Position numbers and translations under genes: made by a program. This document shows positions 13,294 through 25,400 of a stretch of 54,864 nucleotides of DNA, piece after piece (position 1 is the first letter of the stretch; each line of letters begins with the position of its first letter). This DNA is from Chromera velia (Eukaryota): the NCBI GenBank assembly GCA_018398765.1, contig JAHBMJ010000141.1:1-54864 (forward strand), written 5' to 3'. A model generated the notes under the pieces. It saw nothing but the letters and a program-made list of their open reading frames with translations. It was not told the origin of the DNA and did no database searches.

Positions 13294-13564
13294 GATCACG
13301 TACTTTCCTCTGCTTTTACACCCCTGCTCTCCTTTATCTTTATTGCAGTCCACCCTGTTTGACAGTGTTGTTTCTGTATCATGGTGGTGTTCTTTACCGC
13401 TGCCAAGTAGAGGTTTGAACTGTTAGAAAGGAACCTCTCTTGTCCGAGCCTCAGCATACCTATATCTGTGTCTACCTCTCCCTCCCTCTCCCTCTCCCTC
13501 TCTCCCTCTTTTCTCTCCTTGTGCCTTTTTCTATGAGTTTTTCATTCACTCTCTCTGTCACGTG

Positions 13565-13598
<34 letters not shown>

Positions 13599-15898
13599 AT
13601 ATACATCCGTGACCGTACGTGTCCGTGTGTCACACACACAGTGTCTGTGTCGATGTACGCCGGTGTCCACAAGCTGACGCAAGCATGTTTGGTTATGTGT
13701 ATACATCATTGTCTGTTTGACTTCTTTCCCCCCTCCTTCCCTCCCCTTCTCTCCCTATATCTCTCTCTATCTGTCCCTCCGTCTCTGCTCTGACATCGAC
13801 TCGGAGTCCTCTTGGCACCTCCCTTTCTGCCTCCTCCCGGTATTTCCCCTTCCTCCCTGTTTCATCTTCGTTTTCTCTTTTGTTTTTCTCCATTTATCTC
13901 TCCTTTAAATTGTCTCAATCCTGTGTACGTTTACTTCGTTTTTCCTTCTCTTAATCCCGTCATGCAGACTCTCGACTGCGACTTCCTCTTTGGACTTGCT
14001 TCTCTCCTCCCTATAGTGACTGTCCCCTCCTCTTTCTGTATCCCCAAAGCTCCCTAGCCAAGCTCTTTTTACCTGCTCTCCTCCCCCCTTCTTTTTTTCT
14101 TCTCTCTCGGAGTCTTTTTTCAGTCTCTTTCTTTTCTTTTTGACTTCAGAATCTCACTGCATGGAGGAAATCCTCCACTGAAATCATGTACCTTTCTTTT
14201 CTCTCTGTTGCCATGTGAATTACTCTTTCCTTTCCAATCGCTATGCCATTGGTTTAAACTACATGAATCTTATGTGATGGTATGTATGCAGCTGCATTCT
14301 TTCCTGATTTGAAAGTTGTAGATCGATAAGTAACGACCTGCGCCAATGGGATTCATTTTAGATGCAACCCCCAGCCTGGGGTGTTATTTTTGCTTAAAGT
14401 TCACGTGTTTCCATGCACTGTGACATGCATGTAAATGATAGCTAAACTGTGCCGAAACATTTAACTTTGAAACACTTATGTTAGCTGCTGGGTTCGACGC
14501 GTGCGTGTTATAGAGCTGGGTGTGCGCAAGCTGTTTTGAAGTTAGATCCCAGGCCAGCTTCTTTTTAAAAAATTCAGTGACATGCATTTATGAAAAATAG
14601 TGCAAAAATTTAATTTGTTCAGCACTTAAAGCGCGGATCTGAGTCGGATCATCTGACAAAGCATTTTTCCAGTTTTTATTATTAATTAATAGACTATTGA
14701 ATATTTTGTAAATAAAATGTTTATAATTAACTTTTAAACCACCATAAACCACTCAGTCCAGATAAACTAGATTTTAAAGGAATTTAAGATTGCATGACAG
14801 TTTATTAGTTTCTACAAAATGTGCCATATTGTATATGACTGATATAGTCATATTATATTTTTTTGTAAATAATTAGTTAATGAATAAACAATGTATGATC
14901 ATCTCTTTCATTCTCAATTATATGGTATTAGGTGGAAGATTTTAAATTTATTAATAGGCTGGAATTTCAGCTTTTTTGAATGAGTTAAGATAAAAGTCCG
15001 ACTTGAGGGCAAAAGTCCACTTTTAAAGGCACAAGCCTTGGAGAGGTTTATTACGGACACCGACGACTACTTTACCAATGCAAATGTTGCTCCTCATCAT
15101 CAGTTTGGCCTCGCAAAGTCCTTCCTGTATAAGGAACTGAGGGACTGGTTCGACTTACGTATGAAGAGAAGCATGGGGTTTGCAGACTGGCCTGCGTTGC
15201 GTGAGGTGCTACGATGCAGGTATAAGGAGAAACATGAGAGGAGGAAGGCAAGAAAGCAGGTGTTGTCCCTCAGGTACACAGGGACGGTCGACGACTGCAA
15301 TAAAGAATTCTCCCTTCTTGCGTTGAAGATCACAAATACGAGTGAGGACGATCTTGTAGAGGACTATATTGAGGGTTTGCCGGCCGGGATTATGTATGAG
15401 ACTGACAGGATAGAGCCGGCAACATTAGACGAAGCAATGGAGAAGGTGTTGGACAGCGAAATCTGGCTCAAGCAGGCCAGTTCGCGCTCTCGAAGCCGTT
15501 GGTCGCGAGGGCTCCCGTCTGATCCAAGTCCGGTGATTGATCCCACAGGACCGGCTCCCATGGAATTATATGGCGTTGGGGTGTGACCTTCGAGAAGACT
15601 TCCACCCCGACATCTATCGATTCCACAAACGGTGTGGGAGAGCAGGGGGAGACTGAATCGGTGTCTTCTATGTGGGGAGAACACCCATATGATGGCCGCG
15701 TGTAGGAATGGACCTCAACTTCCTCCACACATGCGGACCATTCAAACAACATCTCAATCCAGATCTCCGTGGCCACCCAGGGCATCTCCAGGATTTGCCC
15801 CTTTCGTCCCGGGTTTTGGAGCGACGCCTGGGTACCCCTGGCCACCTCCTCCTTACCCATCCCTTCCCTTCCCGTATCCCATTAATCAAGTCACTTAA

Positions 15899-18800
15899 CC
15901 TACAGGGGGGAGAGGGAGGTTTGAACAGAGAGGTAACAGTCCAAGTTCACCCATATCACCTGGAAGAGGCTTTGGCTTCGGTGACAGAAGACGTGCATGG
16001 TCTCCCTCCTTCGGCGGGTCGCCTCAACCTCAGCCGAGTGGACATCAACCAGCGCGTAAGGCTGGATCGAGACGGGTAGCTGGGGTGAGGACGATCAGAG
16101 GCCGAAACAAGAATGACGAGACCATGGTCAAACCCGACCTGACGGTATGTCATGAAGTTGAGGAAGATAAAAGGCAGAGAACAGATAAAGAATTGAGTGA
16201 GGAAGAGGATGATGAGGATGATTCGTTTGAGACTGGTTTTGTCTATCACGGTACTGTCGCGGGTGCTCCAGTCAGAGTTTTGTATAACATTGGAGCTGAT
16301 GATATTTTCATGGATAGCAAGTTTGCACACCTGCGTCAGTTATATATTTGCAGGTTTGGGACCCCGATGAGATGTAGGGTGGCCGTGAAGGAGTCCAGAG
16401 GACAAGAGGTCAGTGAGTATGCACCTTCTGTTCCCCTTCGTATTCAGTGGTATCGAGAGACAGTCGGTGCATTGCTGGCTGACCTGGATGACTATGATGT
16501 CATCTTGGGAAGAAAATGGAGTGACGTTTACCAACCAGAACTTGGTCATTGGTCTCGTTTTCTTCGTTTCTTCTTTAACGGCCAGGAAGTCATTATTCGG
16601 GGGGATGCATGTGAAGAGAACCCACCTTGCCCTCCTGTCCTTTCTTCTGTGCAGGCCAAATGAGCAATTCGAAAAGGTGCTGTCTGCCACATTGTGAGAA
16701 TGGAGACGGCACACTAGCCTGCAGGAGAGGGGGAACAAGAGTGCTTTGTACATACAACTGAAGTGAGTGAGGGAAAAGGAAAGGGGAGAATGAATGATGG
16801 AGGGAACGTGGGTTTTGATTTTCTCTCTTCTGACTTTCTCTCTTCTCTTCTGTCTGATCATCCTACTCGGTTGGCCCCTGATTTGTCGGACGTATGTGCT
16901 TTTCTCTCTCGACCAGATGCGGATGTTCCTCAGGATGTGAAAGGAATTGTGGCAGATTATGCGTTTCTTTTTCTTGATCGTCTCTCTCATCTGCCACCAT
17001 CAAGAGGACCTCATTTGGATTTCAAAATCGAACTTGAGCCCGGTCATTCACTTCCTGCCCGTCCGCCTTATCGGCTGTCAGTAGGAGAGACAGATGAGCT
17101 GAGGAGACAAATAGATACATACCTTGAACAAGGATTCATCCGACCGTCTGCTTCTCCTTATGCTGCGCCTGTTCTTTTTGTAGAAAAGAAAGATGGCTCG
17201 ACGAGAATGTGTTGTGACTACACTGGCTTGAATCGTATCACTATCAAAGACAAGCATTCTCTCCCTCACCCACAAGAGTTGATTGATCGATTGCATGGGG
17301 CCCGGTTCTTCACGACACTGGACCTCAGGCAATATTATCACCAAATGAGGGTCAGAGAAGAAGACATCCCAAAGACAGCTTTCACTACACGCTATGGTTC
17401 TTTTGAGTGGCTGGTTGTTTCTTTTGGGTTAAGAAACGCGCCTCCTGTAGCGATAAGGTTGATTCAATTTGCTCTTCGCTCTTGTCTTGACCGTTTTGTT
17501 TCGGTTTTTCTGGATGACATTCTAATTTATTCACGTATAAGAGAAGAGCACAAGAGACACATTAGAATTGTTTTGCGTTTGTTGAGTGAAAATAAATTGT
17601 ATGCAAAATTGTCGAAATGCCATTTCATGCAGACTGAGGTGACATTTCTCGGGCTGAAGATCTTCAGGACCGGAGTGCAGCCCGAGCAGAGCAAGACAGA
17701 CCAAGTCAGTAAGTGGCCTACTCCTAAGAACAGAAATGAAGTGCTTTCGTTTTTGGGGTTTGCAAATTAGGTGAGACGGTTTGTCCCTCGCTTCAGTGAG
17801 AAAGCAGGCCCTTTGTATGTATTGCTAAAGGGAAATAAATCGTTTGAGTGGGGGAAGAAAGAGGAAAAAAGCTTTAAAGCAGTAAAGCAAGCAGTGAAAA
17901 ATACTGTTGAACTCTACATTCCTGACCCTACGCGTCCCTTCGAAATTTTTGTGGATGCGTGCAAATCGATGGAAACGCTCACTGCCGCGCTCATGCAGGA
18001 AGATTCTGAGATCGGCTGGCTCCGTCCGTGTACATTTGCATCATGTAGAATGACACAGGCAGAGCTCAAGTATCCGATCAGAGATAAAAAATTTCTTTCT
18101 TGTGTGTTTGCGGTCAAATCGTGGAGGCCATACATTAGTCACACAACTAAGGTGTGGTCAGATCATGAGTCTCTCAAATATGTGAATGTGTCCACTGACC
18201 GCACCTTAATGTCTCCACGTATGCGCAGATTTATCAGCATGTTCGACGAGATCGGGATCACCCCAAGGTACGTGCCCGGTGCTCGGAATCGCGTGGCAGA
18301 TGCGCTGAGCAGGTGCCCTGGGGTGAACGCTGAGAAAGAAGAAAAAGATAAAGAAAGAAAAGAAGTGTGTCAACTGTTGCGAATGGAATCAAAAGTGCAG
18401 CCGGATCAGGAATTCCTGGAAAGGATAAGGAAAGGATATGAAGAAGAGAAATTCTGGATGGAGGTGAAGGAAGTGCTTGAAGCAAGGCTCCAAATTGAAA
18501 ACCCTGACAAAGACCCTGAGAAAGAGGTGCCTGGTCCTCGACATTTGCGGCTGATTCTTCCGAGGTTTCAAATAGAAGACGGACTGCTCTATTTCAATGA
18601 CAGACTGGCCGTTCCAACAGAGAGACTACAAAGAAACTTCATTTATGAACATCATGATACGGCCGCAGGGGGGCATTTGGGGGCAGAGAAAACATATTTA
18701 AAACTGGCAGGGAGTTTCTATTGGCCACATATGTACGCATCGGTTGTTCAGTATATCAGAAAGTGTGATGCCTGTCAAAGAGCAAAGAGGCCGACTGAGA

Positions 18801-19900
18801 AGCAGTATAGATTGCTCCAACCTCTGTCTATTCTTAAATTTTCTTTTCAGTCTATTTCTCTTGATTTTGTATTTGGACTACCGAGGGTGGTGTTTAAAGG
18901 AGAAGAGGTAGATGGAATCCTCTCTATGATTGATCGCCTCTCCAAAACTCCTTTCTTTACTATAGTCTCACAAGAGATTACAGTGGAAGGGACAGCCGAG
19001 GTGGTCTTTGAGAGGATTGTCTGCGAGCATGGGATGCCCCAATCAGTGGTCAGTGACCGTGATCCTCGTTTTCTCTCTACATTTTGGAAGGAACTCGCTC
19101 AGCTGTGGGGTACAAAATTGAATATGAGCACAAGAAGACACCCACAGTCAGATGGACAGACAGAGAGAGATAACCAGACCATTGAACAGATGTTGCGTTG
19201 TTTCATGAACGAGCATCAAACGGACTGGCCGAAGTGGTTGTGTTTTTGTCAGTTTGCATATCGTGATTCGGTGCATCCAGCCACAGGCATGTCTCCTTTT
19301 CGCTTTCTGTACGGATGTGACCCGATTCGCCTGCCTTCTGTCTCTGTGCGTTCTAAGTCATTCTGTCCGCCAGCAGCAGACTTTGCAGATCACAAAGAGG
19401 CAGAAATCATGAGAACAAAGGAGAGACTTGAGCAAGCAAGAGAACAAGCAGCTCGACAAGTAGATCCACACAGACAAGAGGTTTCATTTGCTCCAGGGGA
19501 TTTTTTGCTTGTACGCAATGCATATTTTAAGGGAAGCAGGAAACCAAGCGGGAAGCTTGAGCTTGTATTTTATGGACCATTCGAGGTAGAAAAAAGGTGG
19601 GGAGCAACGCGTATGAGCTCATATTCCCTGCAGGAATGAAGGGTCACAATGTGATTAATGTATTATACCTGAAGAAGTATGAGAGAAGGAAGGATGATCC
19701 TCTGCCTGCTGTTCGGTTGCCTGCATCAAAAGAGATTGAGTATGAAGTAAAAGAGATTCTCGACCACAGAAAGATAGACAAACAAGTGCACTACCTGGTG
19801 TGGTGGGAAGGAGAAAGTAAAGAGAATGCATCATAGGAGCCTGCTGTCAACCTGATACATGTAAAGGAGGCATTACATGCCTTCAAAGAAAAGAAGAGAC
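15899..19900 (+). pseudogene. pol: Chromovirus pol (protease, RT, RNase H, integrase, chromodomain) with stops and frameshifts
   Basis: Degenerate protease YNIGA. RT SPYAAPVLFVEKKDG and FLDDILIYS. RNase H FVDAC...NRVADALSR. Integrase HH..GGH/CDAC, SLDF, SDRD, QTE and GPF. Chromodomain EYEVKEILDHR...YLVWWEG. Stops at 16661, 17768 and 19834. Confidence 0.95.
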
Positions 19901-20245
19901 AACAGGAGAAAGAAAAGCAAGCAACGGGCAGGTGTAGGTGGCAATTAAGAAGTAGAGAGGTGAAATCAGTATAGGCAGAACTAAAAGGTTTGTAGAGTGG
20001 AATGCGTATGTGTGAGTTTTGGGAAGATGAAATTCCCTGGTAAGTGATTCGAGGAAGAAAGCAAATCTATCCTGCATCATGCATAGACGCAGGATGGCAG
20101 TGTGGGTGTCGGACTCTGCATTCTGACTTGCTTCGTTCATTTATGGTTCAATAAAGTGTACAGGTGCATGTTATCAATCAATGCCACAAGGTCGATTAGT
20201 TATGGATGTGTGCAGGTACTGGAACCGAGCGTGGACGTCGGTTTC

Positions 20246-20260
20246 GAAGCAGCGGGCAGA
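20246..20260 (+). promoter_or_regulatory. Polypurine tract
   Basis: GAAGCAGCGGGCAGA immediately before the 3' LTR. Confidence 0.6.
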
Positions 20261-20556
20261 TGTAGGCCGGCTACAAGCGGCGAGTACGCGACGGGCCCGC
20301 GGAGTGGCGGAGCCGCAAGGCCGGCAGCGCCACGGCGATGCGCGCGCGGACTTCAATAAGTGTGGCTTGGCATAGGACTGAATAAAGTGACATCGATCTG
20401 CATGCATTTGAATTAGCTAACGATCGCTAACGATCGTTGGACTGGCTTGATTGAAAGAACAATGTACAAACCTTTCTAGGTCAAACTCTTATAGTCTATG
20501 AACTCTGAATGCACATCGTTAGCGTTGAGAGTTCTAAGCCCCGTAATCTGCTTACA
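20261..20556 (+). repeat. 3' LTR (296 bp)
   Basis: TGTAGG...CTTACA. 19 substitutions relative to the 5' LTR. Confidence 0.96.
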
Positions 20557-22431
20557 GGGGGGATGAGAAAGCCTGCATGCCAGTCGGATTGATTCGCTCT
20601 AACTTGCTTTATCGATAGAATGGACCTTCTTAAGACAGTCGGCTATAGCTTTGGAACCGCTTCTAGGCAGGATTGTGCACAATAGCAACACCATATCCTT
20701 CATTTTCTTCTCATTATCAGAAGTGCCCCTCCCGGTTGCACCTGCAACGCGTTGTGCAATCTGTATTCTTATATCAATGGGCGCTTTCTGCTTCGCAATT
20801 TCGTACAGTTCTTTCAGCCTGTTCCGTTTCCTTTCTGTATCTTTACACTCCGTCCGGACATGAACCTCATCTTTGATCATATGCGAGGGGGACAAACATT
20901 TATCGCACAGCCGTTCTGGTTGGGTTCTATCTATATCCCCCCCTGTGAGAGCTCTGAAAAACATATGGAAGCCTGCAGAGGACTGCAGTAGACTCTTTGG
21001 CAGAGGTTTAACACTGCACTCTATCATTTCACTTCTCGGACGCCATTTCCTTTCACACAGAAGGTGCATGGCCAAACGCTGTCTGGTCGGATTCTCTGAC
21101 TGGAAAGGGGAGAGATTCGCAAGGCGGAGGAAAATTCCATCTCTGTCTCTAACGTTTCTAATTTCTTCTTTCAACCAGTCGGACAGCCAGGCACCCTCCA
21201 CGATCTTTTTTGCTGCCCTTTTCCTTCTGCTCTTGCCCTTTCTTTTAAACTTATCCCCCACCATGCTTGGCAATGGAGGCCACAAAAGGGAGCAATCTAA
21301 TGGAACGGCCAGCCATTTTACTGTCTTAACGAAGGGTTCGCACGAGCCAGCCAAGCACTCATTCCACACTGCCCGGGGTAGAGGACGGTCGATCGATTTG
21401 ATGCATTGGATAAAGCCCCCACTCAACTTACCAAATAGAGAACTGAATGGCTCAAGAGAGAGAGAGAGAGAGAAGGGAAGGCGAAACAAAGGAGTGATAA
21501 GAGAGACCAAAACAACATCGAACAAAACGTAACTGTAAAGCATCGAGGCAGGCAACATCTGTTTTTCTCAGCGGGATTGTTTTCAGTCCATACAGTGCGA
21601 CTGGCAGCCAGAGAACCTTGAACAAAGTAATTTTAGAAAAGGAAAAGACAAAGCCCAAAGAAGAGAGAGTACCAAACACAGCCCTCAGTGCCTTCTCTGC
21701 CACCTCAATGCGGGCTTCGACTGTCTTGCTAAGGTCCCCGCCCTCAAAAACCCAGTTGCCCAAATACTTATATTTACTCACCGCTTCTACTGGTCTACCT
21801 TCATAAAGAAAAGGGGTCCGGGGCACTAGGTCGGGGTGGGGGGAGGAGAGACGCATAACTTTTATCTTTTTTAAATTCACCTTCAGGCCGTGCTCCTTAC
21901 AATAGTCCTCGAGGCGAGACAGACGTTTCTGCAAGTCTGAAGCATTGTGGGCAAACAGAACAAGGTCATCAGCGTACCCGATGCTTTCGATTAAAACGTC
22001 AGACAGTTAATATTAATTATATTAAGTGATATTAACATCAAACATGATCATATTAAGTGATATTATAGTTTTATATATATTTTTACAGCGTTATACAACG
22101 TTACATTAAGTTGGAATATGTAAAACACTTTTTAAATTAAAGATATAAAGTGTGTTTATTTTGTGTTGTTTCTGTCTGAAACATAATATTCAAAAGCTTG
22201 ATTCAACATGACCTAGAACATGACATTCAAAAAGTTGATTTTTACTACTAAGTGTGATCAAAAGTCAGCAGTTTTTAAATGAAAAACATTATTTTTACAG
22301 GAATAAACTTAATTTTTTAGTCTGTGCTGTCAATAATCCTCTGAGTAGGTTTCTAACCTAAACCTAACCTAAAACCTGAACTAACCTTAACTTAAGCCTC
22401 CTAACCTAACCTAACATAATTAGATACCCTG

Positions 22432-25400
22432 TGACCCCCACTCAAATGAACATGGTTTAATTACTCTTTCTGCCTGCAGGTCAGTGATGATTTCATTCAC
22501 TTCTTCCCTCAGAGCGTGGGACACTGGTCTAGGCTTCTGAAAGACAGGATCAGCTCCCTGCGTATCGACTTCCACTTCGATTCCCTTGAGGGTGCCTGCC
22601 TGTTCCTTTGCTGGGAAGAGTTTTATATACTTAAGGAGTAGGTTTCTCAGCTGCTCCTTTTGCTCTTGATTGAGCTGATCATTCTTTTCTCCGGCTTCTT
22701 CTATTTGTTTCTTTGCTTCTGCTTCCTCCTTCTTTTCTTCTTCTGCTTTCTTTTCTCTTTCATCCTTCTTTCCCTCCATTGATGCTTCCTTCTCTGATGC
22801 TTCTTTTGAGCCCTTTTGGATAAGATCAGAACAAATAGACACAAACGCAACGGGCAAACTGCCTGGGAGGGTGTAGTCGTGGCAGGTGGTATTTACAGCA
22901 ATCACAGACACCTTCCTGTCATGCACCTTGCTGATGGTATTTGCAATCAAAATTCCTGCAGGCAACTCCATCTGGGTGGGTTCGACATAGACATTTACGC
23001 CATCAGGTATGAGAGACTCACAGGCAGGAGGGAGGGAGAGATAGAGAGGAGAAGCTTGTCTTTCAGTAAGTGGAGTAGAAGAGGGAGTCACCACCAAAAC
23101 CAAAAAGACCTGCTTGGACTTCTCCAATTTTGAAATAGGAGAGAGAGGAAGAGAGAAAGCTTCCTTTCTAGACGTTTTCCTCAATTTCAGCCTATCTGGT
23201 TGAAAGAAGATTCCTTCAGCATGAGCATTCAACCAGTCCTTTCCTAATATGCATATATGACTGAGTACAGGAGAAACATGAAACTGCCATTTACACCCTT
23301 CACCAAAAAAGAATTTCAATGTAACTACTCCTTTTGTTTCCATTTCTTTTCCCCCTTCCCCTTCAATCTGGATGGCTGAAGGAAAAACCTTCAACTGTGG
23401 GTTTTCCATTTTTAGTTGTTCTTTTGTAGCCTCGCTGATCAAACTAACATCTGCCCCTATGTCCACAAGCGCAGCCACAATCACCTTTCTTTCAAGCGGG
23501 AGGAGCAGTCCTACTCGTGTAGCTATAGAAGATAAATGAACATGTACTACTTTCTTCTTGTTCACATTGGTGCTTCTTTCTTCGTCTTTCTGTTTCTTTT
23601 CAGGTACAGCAAGCATATGAGCAATCTCGTGGATTTCTTCCTTTCGGTTGCTATCCTCCTTTCGGTTGGTTCGAACGCCTACTACACCTTCATTCAATGC
23701 AGAAGAAAGCACGGAATCAATCTTCCTTTCTTTTTGCTCTTGCACCTCACCCGGATCAAAAAACACTTCATGTATGGGTCTTTTCCAAGAGAGAACAATT
23801 GAAAGCAAGATGTTCTTCCTTTCAGGAGGAGCCATTTGAAATAAGTAGATCTGCAGAGGCTCCTATTCTGCAGACCTAACCATATTTTTGCTGATTTCTA
23901 TTCATCAATCGACTGTCCCCTCTTTTATTGAACCCCTTGCCCAAAATTGGTTGTCTGTTTCCTCCTGTCTTGATATCAGGTTTAAGGCCAGGAGGCGGAG
24001 CGGGAAGCGCAAGCATTCCTTTTTGTGGAGGAGAAGGAAGCGCCAGCATTCCCCTTTGCTGGCCAACCTGTGGGAGGGGTCGAGCAGACTGAGAATATGG
24101 CAAAAGAGGAGCAGTTCGCCCTTGAACAGCGAAGAAGGGATTTGCTGGTAAGTCATCTTGTCTTTCTCTCCACCTCGGGTATCGTGGTTCGAAAGTTTGG
24201 TCACATAAAAAGTTAGGTTTTTCGTCCCACCGAGGTCGGGTTTGTCTATCTGTTAGAGGGAAGAAACCTGGTCTTTTTTAAGCATTCCTTAGGCCCTGTG
24301 GTCTACTGTAGAGATGTGCCGCCAGTCTGGGTATTCCAAAAGGAGAAGGGGCAGCCTGCCTTCGATAGTCATCTCTCTTTTTCGTGAGACATGCTGCACT
24401 GTCGTGACCTTACTTAAAGTAATATTCACATATTATAAACGGAGAGAGTGTGTATCCATCTGCTGTGTGTGGAGCTTGTCATCTACACTTGTCACAGTTC
24501 ATTCTCTGCTCTTGCACTGCAGTAGTACTATTAACGATAGCATTCACCAGGGCTGCTATGTCCATTTGCACTGCGTCTTCTTCTCTTGGTAGCAGGTCTT
24601 GTCTTTGTGTCGATTATGTGGCTGTCTGACCCTCATTTCCCCCCGTAACCACAGTACTAACTTTTAAACCTCCTTTTTCTTCACTATCACTACTGCAGGT
24701 GTTGCTAATGATTGCACTAAGTCTACTGACTTCTTTTAATAGGGCTGAAAAGGTGAGATAGTTTTCTTGTAAGTGCATTCTGATGGTAGATTCTCGGAGA
24801 CCTCTGTTGAACACAGTTATGGCTTCCTTGGAATTGATGGACAAATTTGCTCCCTCACAAAAGCGTTGAAATCTTTCTGCATACTTATCTATGGACTCGT
24901 GCTCGAGCTGCTTTATCTGATAGAGGGTGATCCGTATGTTTTTTGCTTCATTTTTGTTGATGAAATACATATCTAAGAACAAGGTTTTGACTCAGAGGTC
25001 AAACAGATTTTGGATGGCTGGCCTGTTGGCAAAAGGAAGTCTGTTATACCATTGACGAGCAGATCTTTACAGAGCAGAGGGAAAGTAGACATCTCTGACT
25101 GCCATGAATGTCCAACTGCAGGACAAAGCAAGCATCTCGAACGAGTTCCAAAAGGTGGGAGCAGTCACCCGATCCCCGTGGAAGTGAGGTAGGTCGACAG
25201 AGATTTTTGGATTTACCGTCCCTTGGGAAGTAGCACCTTGTTCAACTACACTTACAGTGTAACTGAATTCACACGCCTTTCTTGATTAGAGAAAGCGTTG
25301 TGTGTCTATCTGGTCGGTTCGATAGATAAAGGCACTGATGCTGCTACTGCTGCCTGTCTCTCTGTATCCCTGTTTACCACATTATTTCTCTCTTGTCTAT

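Larger units (their letters stand above)
11188..15038. mobile_element. 3,851-bp non-autonomous DNA transposon with perfect 48-bp TIRs and a TGGA TSD; superfamily unassigned
   Basis: AGGCTTGTGCCTTTAAAAGTGGACTTTTGCCCTCAAGTCGGACTTTTA at 11188-11235 and inverted at 14991-15038. TGGA at 11184-11187 and 15039-15042. No transposase ORF recognised. Confidence 0.93.
10886..15898 (+). pseudogene. gag: Chromovirus gag, interrupted by a TIR element and by stops
   Basis: Removing 11188-15038 plus one TSD restores KQPDEFTGRRNTVERFITD. APMEL motif and CCHC knuckle CLLCGENTHMMAAC present. In-frame stops at 11105 and 15584. Confidence 0.9.
10500..20556 (+). mobile_element. Full-length degenerate Ty3/Gypsy chromovirus LTR retrotransposon
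   Basis: Paired TG...CA LTRs, PBS, PPT and gag-PR-RT-RNaseH-IN-chromodomain order. 5-bp TSD GGGAG / GGGGG with 1 mismatch. Confidence 0.96.
10397..22008 (-). mobile_element. 5'-truncated non-LTR retrotransposon (LINE A) split by the chromovirus; coding part 20599-22008, distal 3' UTR and tail 10397-10499
   Basis: Minus strand reads IGYADDLVLFA...GLKVNLKKIKVM...YKYLG (RT), then a C-terminal CDKC..H..C zinc finger. Frameshift at a (TC)n run near 21455-21472. The tail is a GATTTGGCG-T-CGCTAAATC hairpin followed by AACCCTCAAT(CAT)n. Candidate TSD AAACATGAT at 10388-10396 and 22040-22048. Confidence 0.85.
10207..22431. mobile_element. Non-autonomous DNA transposon (CAGGG termini, hAT-like) with subterminal TAACC/GGTTA repeats; about 0.5 kb once nested inserts are removed
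   Basis: Left end CAGGGTATCCA[insert]ATTAGGTT matches the reverse complement of the right end, CAGGGTATCTAATTATGTT, at 17/19 positions. TAACC clusters at 10288-10357 and 22350-22416. No matching TSD. Confidence 0.6.

Noticed and set aside
17768..17770. Programmed stop-codon readthrough in pol
   Set aside because: It replaces a conserved Tyr in GFANY within an element that has many other stops and frameshifts, so it is simple decay.
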